DNA of 62,797 nucleotides, filler included, from Sphacelaria rigidula (taxonomy: Eukaryota), in assembly GCA_964200075.2 (NCBI GenBank). It is 10 parts of 10 records of this genome, joined end to end, with 100 filler letters (N's around TTAATTAATTAA, not from the genome) between each part and the next. Parts side by side here need not be neighbours in the genome. Positions count along the whole stretch, not along the records: positions 18,871 to 25,060 come from CAXNAA020021631.1; positions 25,161 to 31,350 come from CAXNAA020021632.1; positions 31,451 to 37,640 come from CAXNAA020021633.1; positions 37,741 to 43,930 come from CAXNAA020021634.1; 6 more parts are not named here. One strand, given 5' to 3'. The translations under genes and the position numbers were made by a program. This document shows, piece by piece, positions 24,301-37,838 of the stretch. Positions within the stretch are counted from its first letter, which is position 1. Each line of letters starts with the position of its first letter. The notes below the pieces were generated by a model. The model ran no database searches, was not told the origin of the DNA, and saw nothing but the letters and a program-made list of their open reading frames with translations.

Positions 24301-25457
24301 CGTTCCATGAAGCGGTGCACACTACAAGTTTGTAATGAATTTTGAAATCCTAGGAAGCAAAGTAACTATATTACAACTGTACAAGTGCAGGCCGTGTATT
24401 TTGGTACAAGTACGAGGTTACAAGTACAGTGGAGGCTGTGCTTTGCAAACACAGTTATGGGCGCGCCTGACCCCCCAAACTAGGCAAAAAAAGTGTCACC
24501 GACCAAAAGCACGAAAAGACACGAACAGATCGACTTTTGGGGCTTTTTCAGGCTCGTCGGGTAAAATATGCCTAACGTCATCGGAAGAGAACGACATGGA
24601 TCCAAAACTCATACAGAGAACCCTACCGTTACTTCCGTCGTTGTTCCATATATGCTGGATGCCACTGAGCCACTGCGTAGCTTTTCGTCCATGCTTGCGA
24701 TACGCTGGAGTGCTAGGAGGCTAGTTGGGTTGGTCGAACCCAACGCACACCGAGAACCCTCGGGCAAGGGCGGTACATACATTCTCAGAACAAAGTGAGA
24801 CCTTGGTGGACCCCAAATCTGCGCCTGTGCGGCCGATTTCAACGAAAACACGTTCTGCTCAGACGAGGAGCCCACGGGACTGTCAGGGCTACTTGAAATC
24901 CGATTCTTGCTGTACACATTCAAACCAAGTGATATAAACCATGATTATTTGTATCCCAACGCCTCAACCGGGAACGCTGAACCATTTATTTTTATAAGAT
25001 CATATGCTCAATATCCGACAGAACCATATGTACTGATCAACCACGACGAGGACGGCCCTTNNNNNNNNNNNNNNNNNNNNNNNNNNNNNNNNNNNNNNNN
25101 NNNNTTAATTAATTAANNNNNNNNNNNNNNNNNNNNNNNNNNNNNNNNNNNNNNNNNNNNTGGGGTCTCGTTGGCGGCGGCCAGGGGTGGAGTGGGGGGG
25201 GGGGGGGGGGGGGTGTGCTGATGCTGCGCTCGTGCCAAATGGTCTATATTTTCACTCACACTATGAATATCTGATACGATCGATTGTGTAGTATGTTGCA
25301 TTCAATCGCCTCCCAATAACATTTATGGGGCAAATCAATGTCATGTCGAGGTCCCGCAAAGTTGCTACTCACTGAGAAGGTATCATAATAAGCAAGATAA
25401 TTGGGATAGGGAAAAAGCACCAGCTGTATCTGCTACGCTGCTGTACTCTTCCCTCAC

Positions 25458-27012
25458 CGTTCAGCATCACCAGTAGCTTGCCCTATGCCTCTTCGTGATG
25501 TCTCAAGTATCCTTTCTTGACAACCCTCTTCACCTCTCTGCTCTCCTCGCGCTCTCCTCGCGACACTATATCGATCTTGCTCCGTGGTACCTTGGCCACT
25601 CGAACCGTTATTGATCATTCCGATGTTAGCATCATCTCCGACTACGGCAACGCCATCATTGGTGGCATCGACAGGGTGCTGTTGCTCTATGCGCTGCTGC
25701 CGGCATCCGCGACTAGAGTCCTTGCTTCCGGGCCTTCTCCTGCGGAGTGTCGCGTGTGCCTCCGCTCGTTCCAAGCTCGTGGTTTCAGGCAAATGTATTC
25801 CCTGGAGATTTTCAGGGTCTTCCTCGATAATTCGGTTTTGCTTTCTCTCAGCTACGAGTGTAAGCCGACGGACCATTCCCGTGGGGACGTGCCCACCGAG
25901 GCCCTCGAACGCCTTCGTACCTTGCATGCAGGTATGGCATCATTAAATAGCAGCCGCATTTGAAATTATATCGTTCCTTTCACTTGAACTGTTGATACTT
26001 CCCTGTGTCCCAGTATTCATCGTCTCTGGTGTATGTAGGAATGAGACGACGTAGTCATCATAGGTACGCCGTGCAAACGAAGAAATTTTTCTCCTGAGCA
26101 TCGTGGGCATGGTTTGTTAGGCATTCTCGGTGGTGCGACGGTATCCAGAGAATCAACGTGCACGAAAAAAATGCATAATATACACATGCGGCCATTTGGC
26201 TCACCCCCAAAATGCCTCCGGAGGTATGCGCGGCCCTCCAGAGACAAAACAAACCTCCGGAGGCCTTCAATCCCTCTGGAGGAAATCAAACACCACCGGC
26301 CTGGAGGGCTGCGCACCCCTCCGGAGGAATTTGGGGGTAGCAAAATGTCTTCGGAAAGATGCGCGACCCTCCAGAGGCAAAAATACGTCTCTGGGGGCGT
26401 TTAATCTCTGTACAGGAAACCAAAGAAGATCCTCCGGAGGACCTTGCATCCCTCCGGGGGCGTTTAATTCCTCCGGATGCTCGAAAAGTTGACCGACCTG
26501 GAGGGATTTTGGGGGTAGCCAAATGGTCGCATGTGTACGCTCTCATGCGCTTGAGCGTACTGCCAAGTGCGTAGGGGTCGTCTCGTGCTGCTCATCATGC
26601 AGTTAGTTGAAGGCGATCGTGTCCTGTAATCTGGTACTTTGACAATTAGTTCGACCAGCTGATTCAATCGCTACCTGATCCTGAACAGCATGGGCAGTTT
26701 CGTGTACAGCAAGCACAGTACCACATCGCGGGTGCGCTTCTGCACTGCAACCAGGCAGAATCCCTCACCCCTGTGGTCCACCGCCAAGAAATTGGCGCCC
26801 TTCTGGATCAAAGCCTCAGCGACCGCTTCGTTCCCCTTGCGACAGGAGAGATGGAGGGCTGTTTGCCCGTCGGTTAACGCTGCTGTGTTGACGTCGGCCC
26901 CGTGGTGTAGGAGACACAAGGCAGTGGGTGTGTGCCCGTTGCGACAGGCAGCGAGAAGCGGAGTATCTCCCTCCGACCCAACCCAATTGACATCTGCGAC
27001 TTCCGCAGTCAT
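25458..27012 (-). CDS. Ankyrin-repeat protein, 5' part; exons 27012-26769 and 25920-25458
   Basis: Two clear ankyrin repeats (GDTPLLAACRNGH...GADVN; GQTALHLSCRKGN...KGAN). The phase-1 GTGAGG donor joins in frame to give DHRG-TKAFEGL. The second exon ends at another GTGAGG donor. Exon 2 is less certain than exon 1. Confidence 0.75.
26183..26535. mobile_element. MITE (353 bp) with ~30-bp TIR and TA target duplication, in the ankyrin-gene intron
   Basis: TA|CACATGCGGCCATTTGGCTCACCCCCAAAAT ... ATTTTGGGGGTAGCCAAATGGTCGCATGTG|TA, with internal CCTCCGGAGG palindromes. Confidence 0.8.
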
Positions 27013-28145
27013 CGCGGGGTGAAACCGAGAGGGTGCAATCGCCGAATAAGTCGGCAAAGCGCGAGGTGGGAGTGCGCGTGGGGGGCACGACAGCCTAGTC
27101 GTCGCCACACCACACGCACACGTTCGTAAATCCAACGGCTCAATATTAACACGATTGTATTTGCATTGGATGAGAAAGCATCGTACACGCGACACTCTCT
27201 ACCACAAGCTTCTGGCAGGAATGGCTACACAGGAGAAAATCCAAAACGTCGATACACGTCCGTCGTAATATTAATAGTCGGAAGTTACCTTGCAACACTG
27301 CACGTCGTAGGCCTTGAAATCTTGCAGTGTAAAATTTACCAGTTGCCCCGAATATGTCCAGAAAAGATTCAGAACACTATCTATCCCTTGCGAAAAGTCC
27401 AAGTTGCACGAGATGAAACCTGGACCCACGGCACAGCCCGTGATGCTTCCATGGAGGAAACATCTCTTGAGGAAGCGATTGTAACCCCAACCACCAAATT
27501 TGCAAATAGGTGCACGCCTCGCCATGCGTTAGCCGCAAGTAAGTGCACACTGCCGTGTATGCTCTCCACTGCTCAAATTGACCCTTACTTACCCGTCCTC
27601 ATCTGTAAGAGCATCTCGCACTCCTCCACTCTGCCCCCTTTAGCAGCAGCCCATAGAAAGCTTTCTTTAAACCTTATTCCGTTTGCGATTGGGCACGAAA
27701 CCAAATCATAGCGTAAGCAACAAAAGAGTGTTCGTGTATGACGTTGCCGTGATGATGCGGAGCGTATACTTCTGGTGCATACATACACTGTAGGTGTATA
27801 GTCCTTCGAGAGTAAATTCCAAGATCGCAAGATTATGATACCGCGATGCGCTCACCTGTCCAGTTGAGACAGCACATCGGCACCAGCACTTGCCAGCAAC
27901 ATGATCAGCAGTGTGTAAGGAGAAGGATCCTCTTCATTTTCTGTCTGTCTGTCTTCAGGTTTGTTGGGTTTGTCGGATATACTGGATACTACCTGCGTCT
28001 GCGATCCATTGGTCAGACCCGCGGTCAAAGAATACCAGTGCCGGAAAACAAGTTGACCGAAAAGCATGAAAGTAAAGCACATACATTCTTCTTATGCATG
28101 AAGACGTATCCCGTGTACATGTTCACATGATATTTGGGAGGGTAC

Positions 28146-28179
<34 letters not shown>

Positions 28180-30705
28180 CTGCACTCGCAATGTTTGAAA
28201 AACGTGACTCGCGTCACCCCTCTGGCAGCACTGCCCCGTAGGTAGTGGACAAAAAACGCACGACTAGCACTCTCCTGATAAAAAAAACGAACTACCAATC
28301 GATTCCATGCGTTTATTGTGAAACCGTCAAATAAAGTCTACCATTGCCCCGATCATATTGATCCCGTCGTGAACAGCGTGCTTGACTTATTGTGCGCAAA
28401 TTTACATGCGGCGAATCCAGCAATAACATCGGTACCGCATGGACAGACCAGCTAAGACGAAGAAGATAACCGTAGTGCATGTTCCATCCTGTTGGCGTCC
28501 GACATGGCAAACCCGCGAATAAGCCGCGCACCCAGTACATGCTCGGCGCTGGAGGACGATTGCTTAAAGTCGCAGCCTACGATGCCGGCGCGGACAGCAG
28601 GCTTATGGTGCCGACAGAAGGCGAGCTGAAAAAGATGCTTTACGAGCAGGTGAATGATGATTGCAACTTTCTTGCAAGCGCAAACAGCAACCGTAACAAC
28701 CGCGTGCTGACTACAGTAGCAATATTTCATTCACCCGAACGGTCGACGGCTTGAAGTGAACGTGGCGTAGCAGCCCTTCGTGCTTTAACAATACAACGAA
28801 AGCTGACAAAATACCACTTTTGAGCGCTTTTCACTACTGCGTACTCTCCACATTTAGCATAAGTGCTGCGAGAGGACTCCTGACTCGATGAACCTCATGC
28901 GTAATAGAGGCAGTTAATCAATTTATTGTTGTGTGGAGCGTTGCGCACCGTAGCTCAAGTATGACACCATCATTCTGTCGCACTTCAACGAAATAAGACC
29001 GAGAATGTATCACCGGAGACCCAACATTAACGTTCTCCCGACCGTTGTCTGTCTTCAACATGTTCTCTCCCTTCCAATTCTAGTCAACCACGGCACAATA
29101 AATTATTGCTCATGTTCATAAGCGCTCCGTCTCGAAAGGGATGCGTGGCCGAGCGACCAAGGGAAGCAACAAATAATGAGTACACCCTCATTATTAGCTG
29201 CCGTAGTGATGCAAAGAAGAATGCAGCTTGTTCTTGTCTATAATCTCCATTTTCTGGGAATCCGATGGGGATATTTCAGAAGGGTAGGAAAATAAACGTC
29301 CGTCTGGGATATCCATCTGGGATATCAGATCTCTCTGACATATCCGTCTGGGATATGGACGCCCGTCTGGGCTGTGGGAATCTGGGATTGTCATCTGGAA
29401 TGTCCATCTGAAATATCCATCTGGTTCATGGATATATGTCCCAGAGGTATCTATGTATCCCAGATGGACGTGTCAAGTGAATAGTGATTGTTACCCTAGC
29501 TGCTCAAAGCAGAAGCGTGATATCGTTCCCAGGATCCAAGTATTATCTCGTTTGTATGCCTGCTGTTAATAGTTGATGCATTTGCAGGGGTTGGTGTTAT
29601 CTAACAATATGCACGAGGGTATGTAACAGCATTCATCAACGTTTTCGTGAGATTGAGAGTAGAGTGTTTGTAGCTTCGTGACCCCGTGAGAGGATGGGGT
29701 GCAGACTCGACTCAGATAGTCGATCAATGGACACGACTGCGATAGTCGATCAATGGGCACGGCTGACTGCCGATCAAGATGAGGTAGAAATGTATATAAA
29801 GCTTTGTTGATGAAGAGGGGGAAGGAAGGGGAGTGATCGCAGTTGGGATCAACGTCCCAACATGCGACGAGCACCACCCACGTATGCCCAGTCACGAACA
29901 TCACAATATAAAGTCATCCCGCGTAGTACCCGGAACTCAAACAGGTATATCACTAGACTGTTGTAACCGATTATACTTACGCTCCAGGATCTGCCTGGAT
30001 ACGAGGGAAATAGATATGGAGATTGGATCATGACATGCAGGGGAAATACGAATAAGAGATCATTCTGTTATTTAAGGTATACCCCATGTAGTGGTTGCAG
30101 TGCATATCTGCTGGGGCGGCACACGCCTTTTCGCGTGCCGAAAATCTGTGATTATGACATGTCATTTTGTATGAGCGTTTTCCCCAGGAATGAGTACCCC
30201 ACTTCATTCAGTTGTGTGTAAGTGTGTAAGTCAGTGTAAGCCTTAGTGTTAGGCTTTCGGTATGCGTGTGTGTGTGAGTGGGCAAAACTGGGTGAATTAA
30301 TTACATAAACGATACATGGTCTCAAGTGGCCACGGCAGGCCTACAACTTCCCGCGACAATGCACCCGGAGCATGAGGCTTTCTATTATGTTGTACCTTAC
30401 CCTGACTAGGTGTATCTTACTGACCACCGCAGGCTATCCTACGAACATAGAGCGCTAATTGAGAGTGGCTTTGGTCATTCGCTTTAACTTAGCCAACTTT
30501 TCATTCCGTGTGTGTGCTTTCTCTGCCTCTGTCACTGCCGTGTGCTTACAGCTACACGTCGATATCCTACTCGGGGATATCAAGGGCCTCAGTGGCAAGC
30601 TGCTACAGAAAGCATAATATCGGGGCTTGTGGATGGGCATTTCGCAACTGAAACGATTCATTCACTAATGAACCGCTTTTCACTCTCAATCGTATCTCTA
30701 CTCTC

Positions 30706-30955
30706 GAGTCATCCTACGATAGGGGGGGGGGTATTTTGGGCCATTCGTTGCTCGAAATTTCTAGTCAGATCGTCGTTGAAAGCAGCAACGATTGTTCGAA
30801 CAAGCTTGTTGTGGGTCAACAACGCTCATCCACACTACCTGGCACCGTTTGGAATCAAATACAAGCGCAGCGCAAGTGTGGAAGGATGTCTGACACACTT
30901 ACGAGCCTCTTTTTTCGTGCAACCAAATGCCCCCCCCCCTATCGTAGGATGACTC
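30706..30955. mobile_element. MITE (250 bp) with TIR GAGTCATCCTACGATAGGGGGGGG; a decayed second copy lies at 31080-31325
   Basis: Perfect ~24-bp terminal inverted repeat, TCTC on both flanks, internal sequence repeated ~375 bp downstream. Confidence 0.8.
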
Positions 30956-33900
30956 TCTCAATCTCACGAAAACATTTGTTATTCGTAGACAATGAAAGAA
31001 TACAATGTTGTACACGCCGGGACCTTACTTAGCAGTCTCGTTCCTGAGGGCTCAGACACCGAAGAAGGGGAAAACTGAAGAGTCATACTACGAAAGGGGG
31101 GATAGTATTTTGGCCCGCTTTCTTCCACGAAATTCTACTTGCAATCGTCGTTGATAGCAGCAACGGTAGTTTGAACGTGCTTGCTTCCGATTTATAACGT
31201 TCTTTCATACTAGTTGACGTCGCTTTTGCCCGAATACAAGCGCACCGCGAGTGTGTTTGGTCGTCTGACGCACCTATGAGTCCATTCATTCGTGGAATCG
31301 ACCCCCCCCCCCCCCCCTATCGTATCGGTACGTAGACTTCCTAGAGATCTNNNNNNNNNNNNNNNNNNNNNNNNNNNNNNNNNNNNNNNNNNNNTTAATT
31401 AATTAANNNNNNNNNNNNNNNNNNNNNNNNNNNNNNNNNNNNNNNNNNNNCCGTCCCGGCTTTGTAGGGATGCGAGGTCAATGGTCTGATGACTATGGCA
31501 TGCATGATCATGAGTACACCCTTCGCATTCTCACCCCCCTTCCCCTCCTTCTCGTTTCCTCAACATGTGTAAAACATGCAGAGGGAGTCGGTCGAGAGGC
31601 AAGGCCGTGAGGGGGGCACACGAACCAACAGTGCACGTATGACCCATTACTGCTGAACCAACCACACATCTCCACACAACCAAGAGCAACCTTCCCCCCG
31701 GTGGTCATGAGGCCCCTACACTACGATATGCACCGGTATTACCACACTCGTATTTATTTTATTATACAGTAATATCGTACCTACCGATCTCAACTCAACT
31801 GTTTAGTCGTGTATGTCTTCGTGCGCGAAAACTGCGTCGGAGGCAATTCAACGCCATTCACCACTTCGCACTCCACGCTGTGCCTTAACCCAGATTTTTA
31901 CCACAGCGCTATACCTATCAACAGCACTATCGACACAAAACCGAAATCTTGAGAATTTCATCATTTGAGTGAACGCCTGTTTTTTTAGTGTCTTTATGTC
32001 CACCGCCTTTGTTCCGAAACGTCTGGTGGAACTTCTGTCGCGGGCAAGTGGATGGCGACACCAACCCGCAGAGTGTGCAGACGCAAGCTCTGCTGGCGGA
32101 AGCCTAGCCAACGCCACCACTTACCATAAATATGGAACAGCATCATCTCGATTTCACACCACTGAGCAACCGTCGCGCGTTACGTAAGTCACACCGGAGC
32201 GTCGACCCGTAAAGCAGCAGTCGAGAACATCAACCCAACCATGACCACTACAATCCGGCCCCCTTGCCTGGACGCCGCCGGAGGGCCCGGGTGAACCTGC
32301 GTCACGACTACCTCATCCACAATATGCTGTCGCCTGAGCCCCGCCCAGGCGACATACACTCTTCATCCATGAACACCGACAACTTTACTGGCTGCCGATA
32401 GCGCTCTGCGTTTCCACGACTGCGTGGCTACATTTTGTATCCATCACTGCATATTTAACTAACGAATGCTAAATACCTAGCACTGTGCTTTTTGGCTGCT
32501 CGATGAAGTATGCAATCGCTGCCAAATGACTCGCCACCGTTTTCTTTTACTGTGATCATTTCTTTGCTCGTTACCCAATGCACTCGATCAGTGACCATAC
32601 TCTGTGGTCGCGCCCTTTTCATGACGCAAAAACACGGGCAAGTGTAGCCGCTGCCTAACCTGAACCCACAACCCCACTATATCCCTCGCTGAGTCAGCGG
32701 AGTATGGTGCAAAGGACCTTCGGACGATTCCGAGGCCAAAACACGCGAATAAAGACGCCTCCCTTCCTTTCTGATGCCCTGCGTATACTATCGAATATCA
32801 GTGCGGTGAGGAGGAAGCTAGGTTAGAGGAAGTCGATGTCATCGACCATCATGACATTCAATCAGCAACTTCATTGAACGGCTCGGACACACGCTGTCTG
32901 AAACATCCAGTCTAAGGTTATATCCAAAACACCAAGCATGCGCTTAGGAGCGTCACAACGTGGCTTATTGCCCCCCTTATACGTACTCGCTCATGAGACG
33001 ATGACGAGTGGTCTCTCCGTAATACAACGCAGCCAGCCCTCAACCGTAGCCGCTTCATACACAAAACAAACGAAGCCATGCCAACATTTCAGGGCCCAAA
33101 AGTGATTCTTCGAGAGTATCGTTTCACGTTTGAAATGGAATTGTTCCTCACGATTTGAGTCACATCTATGCAATGTACGGTCAATCGGTACACCAGAATG
33201 ATACTGCTGCACCACGCAGTGATAGTCCGTCGGAAACCGGCCAACGCCACACGTCGAAATGACCATCAAATTCCGAGCCCAACATGGCCACCTTCCAGCA
33301 TACTCACGTGGTAAACCAAATGCTTGCCCGGGAATGTAAGCGAACGACACGTGGGACAGAGAGACAGTGAACGACGAAATCTTACTTCGAAGCTCACGTG
33401 CAAGACCAATCAACACACCGAGATACTACTACTGCACTACACAGAGACAAGTCCACATCAAACTGGCCAATGTCACATGTCGAAATCATCGTAATAATCT
33501 GGGTGCCATCACCACCTTCCAGCATATGGGGAACCGAATACTTGCCCGTACTTTTAAGGAACAAGACGTGGAGCAGGAAGCCAATCAACGGTGAGCCTCC
33601 CCTTTCGAGGCTCCCTTGTAGGGCCAATCGTTGGACGAGGGTAATGATACCGCACCACGCAGAAACTGTCCTTCGGATACTGGCCAAAGCCACCTGTCGA
33701 AATCATCATGAGAGGTTCTAACCTGACCACCTTCCAGCATGCGGTGAACGAATACTTGCCCGTACATGTAACGAACGGGACGTGGAGCAGAGTGCCAGTC
33801 AACGACGAACCCTCCCTTTCGAAGCGCACTTGCACTCCTGGGCCATTGCAACAACACCCGTTGCGGTTTTCTCACCTTGGAACCCGAAGGCGAGATGTAT

Positions 33901-36900
33901 AATACCTCGGTATCAATCACCCACCGAAATACTTGCAGTTGGCTGCCCCAATCCTTGCCCACCTTCGAATCCGAAGACGAAATATATAGTGCCTCTGAAT
34001 CAATCGCCTACCCCAGTACTTGCGGTTGGGTGCCCCAATCCAATATTTAGCGCGCATCGAACAGCGGCGAGTCGAACAGCTCCGGTTCGCCCAACCGACG
34101 AAAATTGCTGTTCATACTGACGACTGCAACTCGTACAAACACGCCTTACCGCCATCAAAGGATTGCGACTCCACCAAAATGTTGCGGTCGACATGAATGC
34201 ACACGAGGAGAAAAAGGAATCCGAAAAGGAGGACTCTAACCCAGCCGTCTGTTTCGGTACTGACTTGCAATCCGCGGGAACAATGCCGTTCCAGCTGATC
34301 ATCACCGACATTGACGATCGCACGATCACGAAGGAGAAATGACCGTTGAGTTGTTAGAACTGCCCAGTGAAGGACACCACCACACTTAGCACTCTGATTT
34401 CATAATCTGTTGGCAAGTGCGGGTCCAGGCGACCTTGATGGAATAGGTTGAGTAGTGTCAGTCCACTGTTTCATGCGAAACAATTGAGATCCCCATTCTT
34501 GATCATGGACGTGAATATAGGGGTGATGGTGTCAACTGATACAACAGGAGTAAGTGGGTCCGATCCTTGTCGGTGTGAAAGACGGTTTCCAAGGATAAGT
34601 GCGTGGAACCACTACAGGGTTTAGGGTTTTGACACATTCATAGTTTGTCTGTACCTTTTCGTCGAACTATTCGTCGGGCAGCCTCCGTGACACCAGACGT
34701 CGGGTTCGATGTCAGATCTCAACCGCGAAAACGTATCAACAGGTTGAGAACACATGGCTCGTGCCGATTGGCTGAAACCACTGAAGGGTGTTGCACAGTG
34801 CCGTACGTTCTGCTTGAGTTTGTTGACCAAACAGCTGTCTCCCTCTCAATTTTGACGATCAATCATGCTTGTATATCTGACTATGTACAGTCCACTTCGT
34901 ACCTTCATGTAGCCCAATGACCAACTGTTGCATGTGGAGACGATTCGTCCCGATACAAAGCCTCATATCCCACCACACTCTGATCCTCCACTTTCGGAAG
35001 AGACAACAGTTTTTACTTCAGGCTTGTGACGGTTTTGGTTGTCTCTTGAACCGTCAAAATGTTTCAGTGTTGTCGGTGGGATACGAGTATCACGTTGATG
35101 AATACGTGTGCAAATTGAAACTGAAGATCACGCTCCACGTTGAATTGCACTATTATGGCGCGGTATTGCTTGCATGTCCCAAACGCGATGAGGAGTCTCA
35201 ACAGCAGAACATACGGCTTTGATCGCGGCTATAGGTATTTTTATTGGATACATGAGCTGACTTTCTCGGAATGGGCGTTGAATGAGCAGCTAGTGTGTCG
35301 AGAATTTTGATTGCAGAATCGTCGCTTTGCGTGTTGTTTTCATGTTCAGGGTGTAATGCCGTCCCGTCTGTGCTAGCACTTGTCCCCTCTGTGCCAGCAC
35401 TTGGACACTAGGGAAAACTTGGAGTTCGACCTGTCATGGAACAACAAATCACGGACGGCACTCGAGATAGGGGTACAGTCCTGCTGTACGCTGTGGGAAC
35501 GTGCAATTTTCCTCGGTGACAACCAAGAAGGTTACTACCGTGCTGCACGGTACATCGATCGATTGATAGATTGATTGTCGCACATTCACTGATTCCCGAG
35601 GCATCCAGCCGTGGCCACAGGATAGATACACTCAAGGTAAACACAACGGAAGTGCTCGCGAAAGAAAAATAAATGTAAGCGAGAAGGAAAGAAATATCAC
35701 AAATGAGCGGGTTGAACTGAGAAACCACAACCAAAAACGAAGAGAAGAAACGATAAATAAACCAAGAGTAGAAGGGGAAATAAAAGGAACGGAGAAGAAT
35801 TAGGAGAAGAAAAAATTTCGACGTAAATTGCCTTCAACACCACTAAAGTATTGACCGTTCTGGAATCGTGCAGAACGCATGTACTGTGTGCTGCGGGAAG
35901 GTGCACATCATCTCGTGAGTCTGTTAGATCACGACGCACACTATGCTGCAATACAACTGTGTGCGGCGTTTGCGAAAGCATGTGCGGGAACGTGTACGGG
36001 ATAATCTGCACGATGCTGCAGTATCATGTACACATCAGAGCTTTCCCGAACGCTCGAGGCGTCTACCCTATATGACCGCCACGTGGTGGTCTAGCCGAGC
36101 CTCCGGGTAATCGAAGCACTAACCTGTTCGCGGGGTAAGTGTTAGGTGAGGTTCCCTTCCCCTTTCAAAGAAAAAAACAAAACAGAATAACCAAGCAACC
36201 ACGACACGGCACGGATACGGCTCGTGCGGGACCATCATCTGTCCGGTGGTAGACCGCCCTCGTAGTGCTCATGTACCCATCGACCCGGACACTCATACCG
36301 ATGAACTAGCCAATCGCAGCCAAAGTATATCCCACGAACACACGTGCAGTGAAGCTGTTTCATCTTATACATGTATCTGTCTGCTTCGATACTGTAGTTC
36401 AACATTGCCGACCTGAGGTTATGCCGACATCAGAATTGAAAGGCAGAAAAGCGATGAACTAGCTTCACGCGAAAATCAAGATGCAATGGCTTGGTAACCA
36501 CACACCACACCCGTTTCCGTTATCGCTCGCCAGACTTTGAACTTGGTTCTTCACCCGGTAGTACTGCCTTTCCGCTCGTGTAACATCTCTCAGAAACGCT
36601 TGCCCCTACACCTTGAGCTGATGCCTGTTTGTCACGCTGACACGTAATTGGTTGGAATTGAGTCATCAATCACGCCTCCGACTCAAACATCAGCTCTTTG
36701 GAACAACAAGCAATGCTCTGGAACACGTCATCACTTCAACCGACCAAACCTTGCCTGAAAATTTTCCCGTTTCTGCACCACACGACATTTCCTCTGTACA
36801 ACCGCATCGATCCTGTGGCGATTCTAGAAATACACTGAATACCGCTCATATGCGACCGCAGAAACAGAATTGCAAGATGATCATTAGGTCTGCCTTTTGG

Positions 36901-37740
36901 ATTTTGCTTGGAAATCTGGGGCATATCGTTTAGCTGCTGGGTGCTTAGCTTATATTCGAGTGAGCTTCGCCGTGGTCTAAGTTGATGATTCAGGTCATGA
37001 TTTCGATACGGGTGATGATGCTTTCCAGTGGGATGGATCGCTTCCAAGCCCACGATAGAATGAGGTATTGTTTTTCGAGCTTGTGACCACTTCTCCTTGC
37101 TACCAACGCTGAAAATGGTCGTTTTTTGTATTTCTGTTCGTCATCCCATGTAGCAGCATGGAATCCGGGTAGTTCTCGGATTCCTGTTCCTTAGTTCATG
37201 TGCCATTTCGCCATCCGCAACAGTACAAGTAGTGCAGCGTACGGCCGAGCAATCTATGTTATGCATCATATTCTGCTTCGTATACCAATGACACTCCCCT
37301 GTATCCCTTGATGTGTATACGTGAAAGGTTTTTGTGTAATGTATGCAAGAAACGTAATGAGCACCGGAATGTTCGAGGTGTCTCTATTAGGAGTAGGAAC
37401 GGTGCTCCGTCTCGAAAGGGATGCGTATGGTCAATAATCAAACTACTACGACAAGCAACAGATGAGTATGCCCCCCTCTATCCCTTACCGGTGAGACACT
37501 CATGAGGTAGTGCATAAGCCGTGGCTGTCTCTAGAAGTGGCGATACCAGACAATGAAGCAACTCATTGTTGGTTGTCATCCAAATGCAAGATAATCAGTA
37601 GTCTTCGGGCCGAACAATCTTAGCAGGATGCGGCTCATCCNNNNNNNNNNNNNNNNNNNNNNNNNNNNNNNNNNNNNNNNNNNNTTAATTAATTAANNNN
37701 NNNNNNNNNNNNNNNNNNNNNNNNNNNNNNNNNNNNNNNN

Positions 37741-37838
37741 ATTGTGTGAGAAAAATCCCACAGCGCTCCGAGATTCGAACCCACGGCCCAACCATCAGAG
37801 GGTTTCGAGGTTACCAACGGAGCTACCGGGGCGACCGG
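37741..37838 (-). mobile_element. tRNA-derived SINE, family 2; 5' head truncated by contig start
   Basis: Reverse complement CCGGTCGCCCCGGTAGCTCCGTTGGTAACC...GTGGGTTCGAATCTCGG has A and B boxes and matches 62478 onward. Confidence 0.75.

Noticed and set aside
25517..25963. 148-aa plus-strand ORF ending near a GTATGG donor
   Set aside because: It overlaps antisense to the exon that splices in phase to the ankyrin exon, so it is most likely a shadow ORF.
33880..34050. Conserved in-frame TGA in both 87-bp repeats on the minus strand (VGD*FRG / VGD*YRG), suggesting recoding or an alternative code
   Set aside because: The opposite-strand frame shares wobble positions, is stop-free and explains the synonymous bias equally well.
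36200..37260. Possible LTR/DIRS pol remnants on the minus strand
   Set aside because: Only vague word-level resemblance; no diagnostic protease, RT, RNase H or integrase motif could be established.
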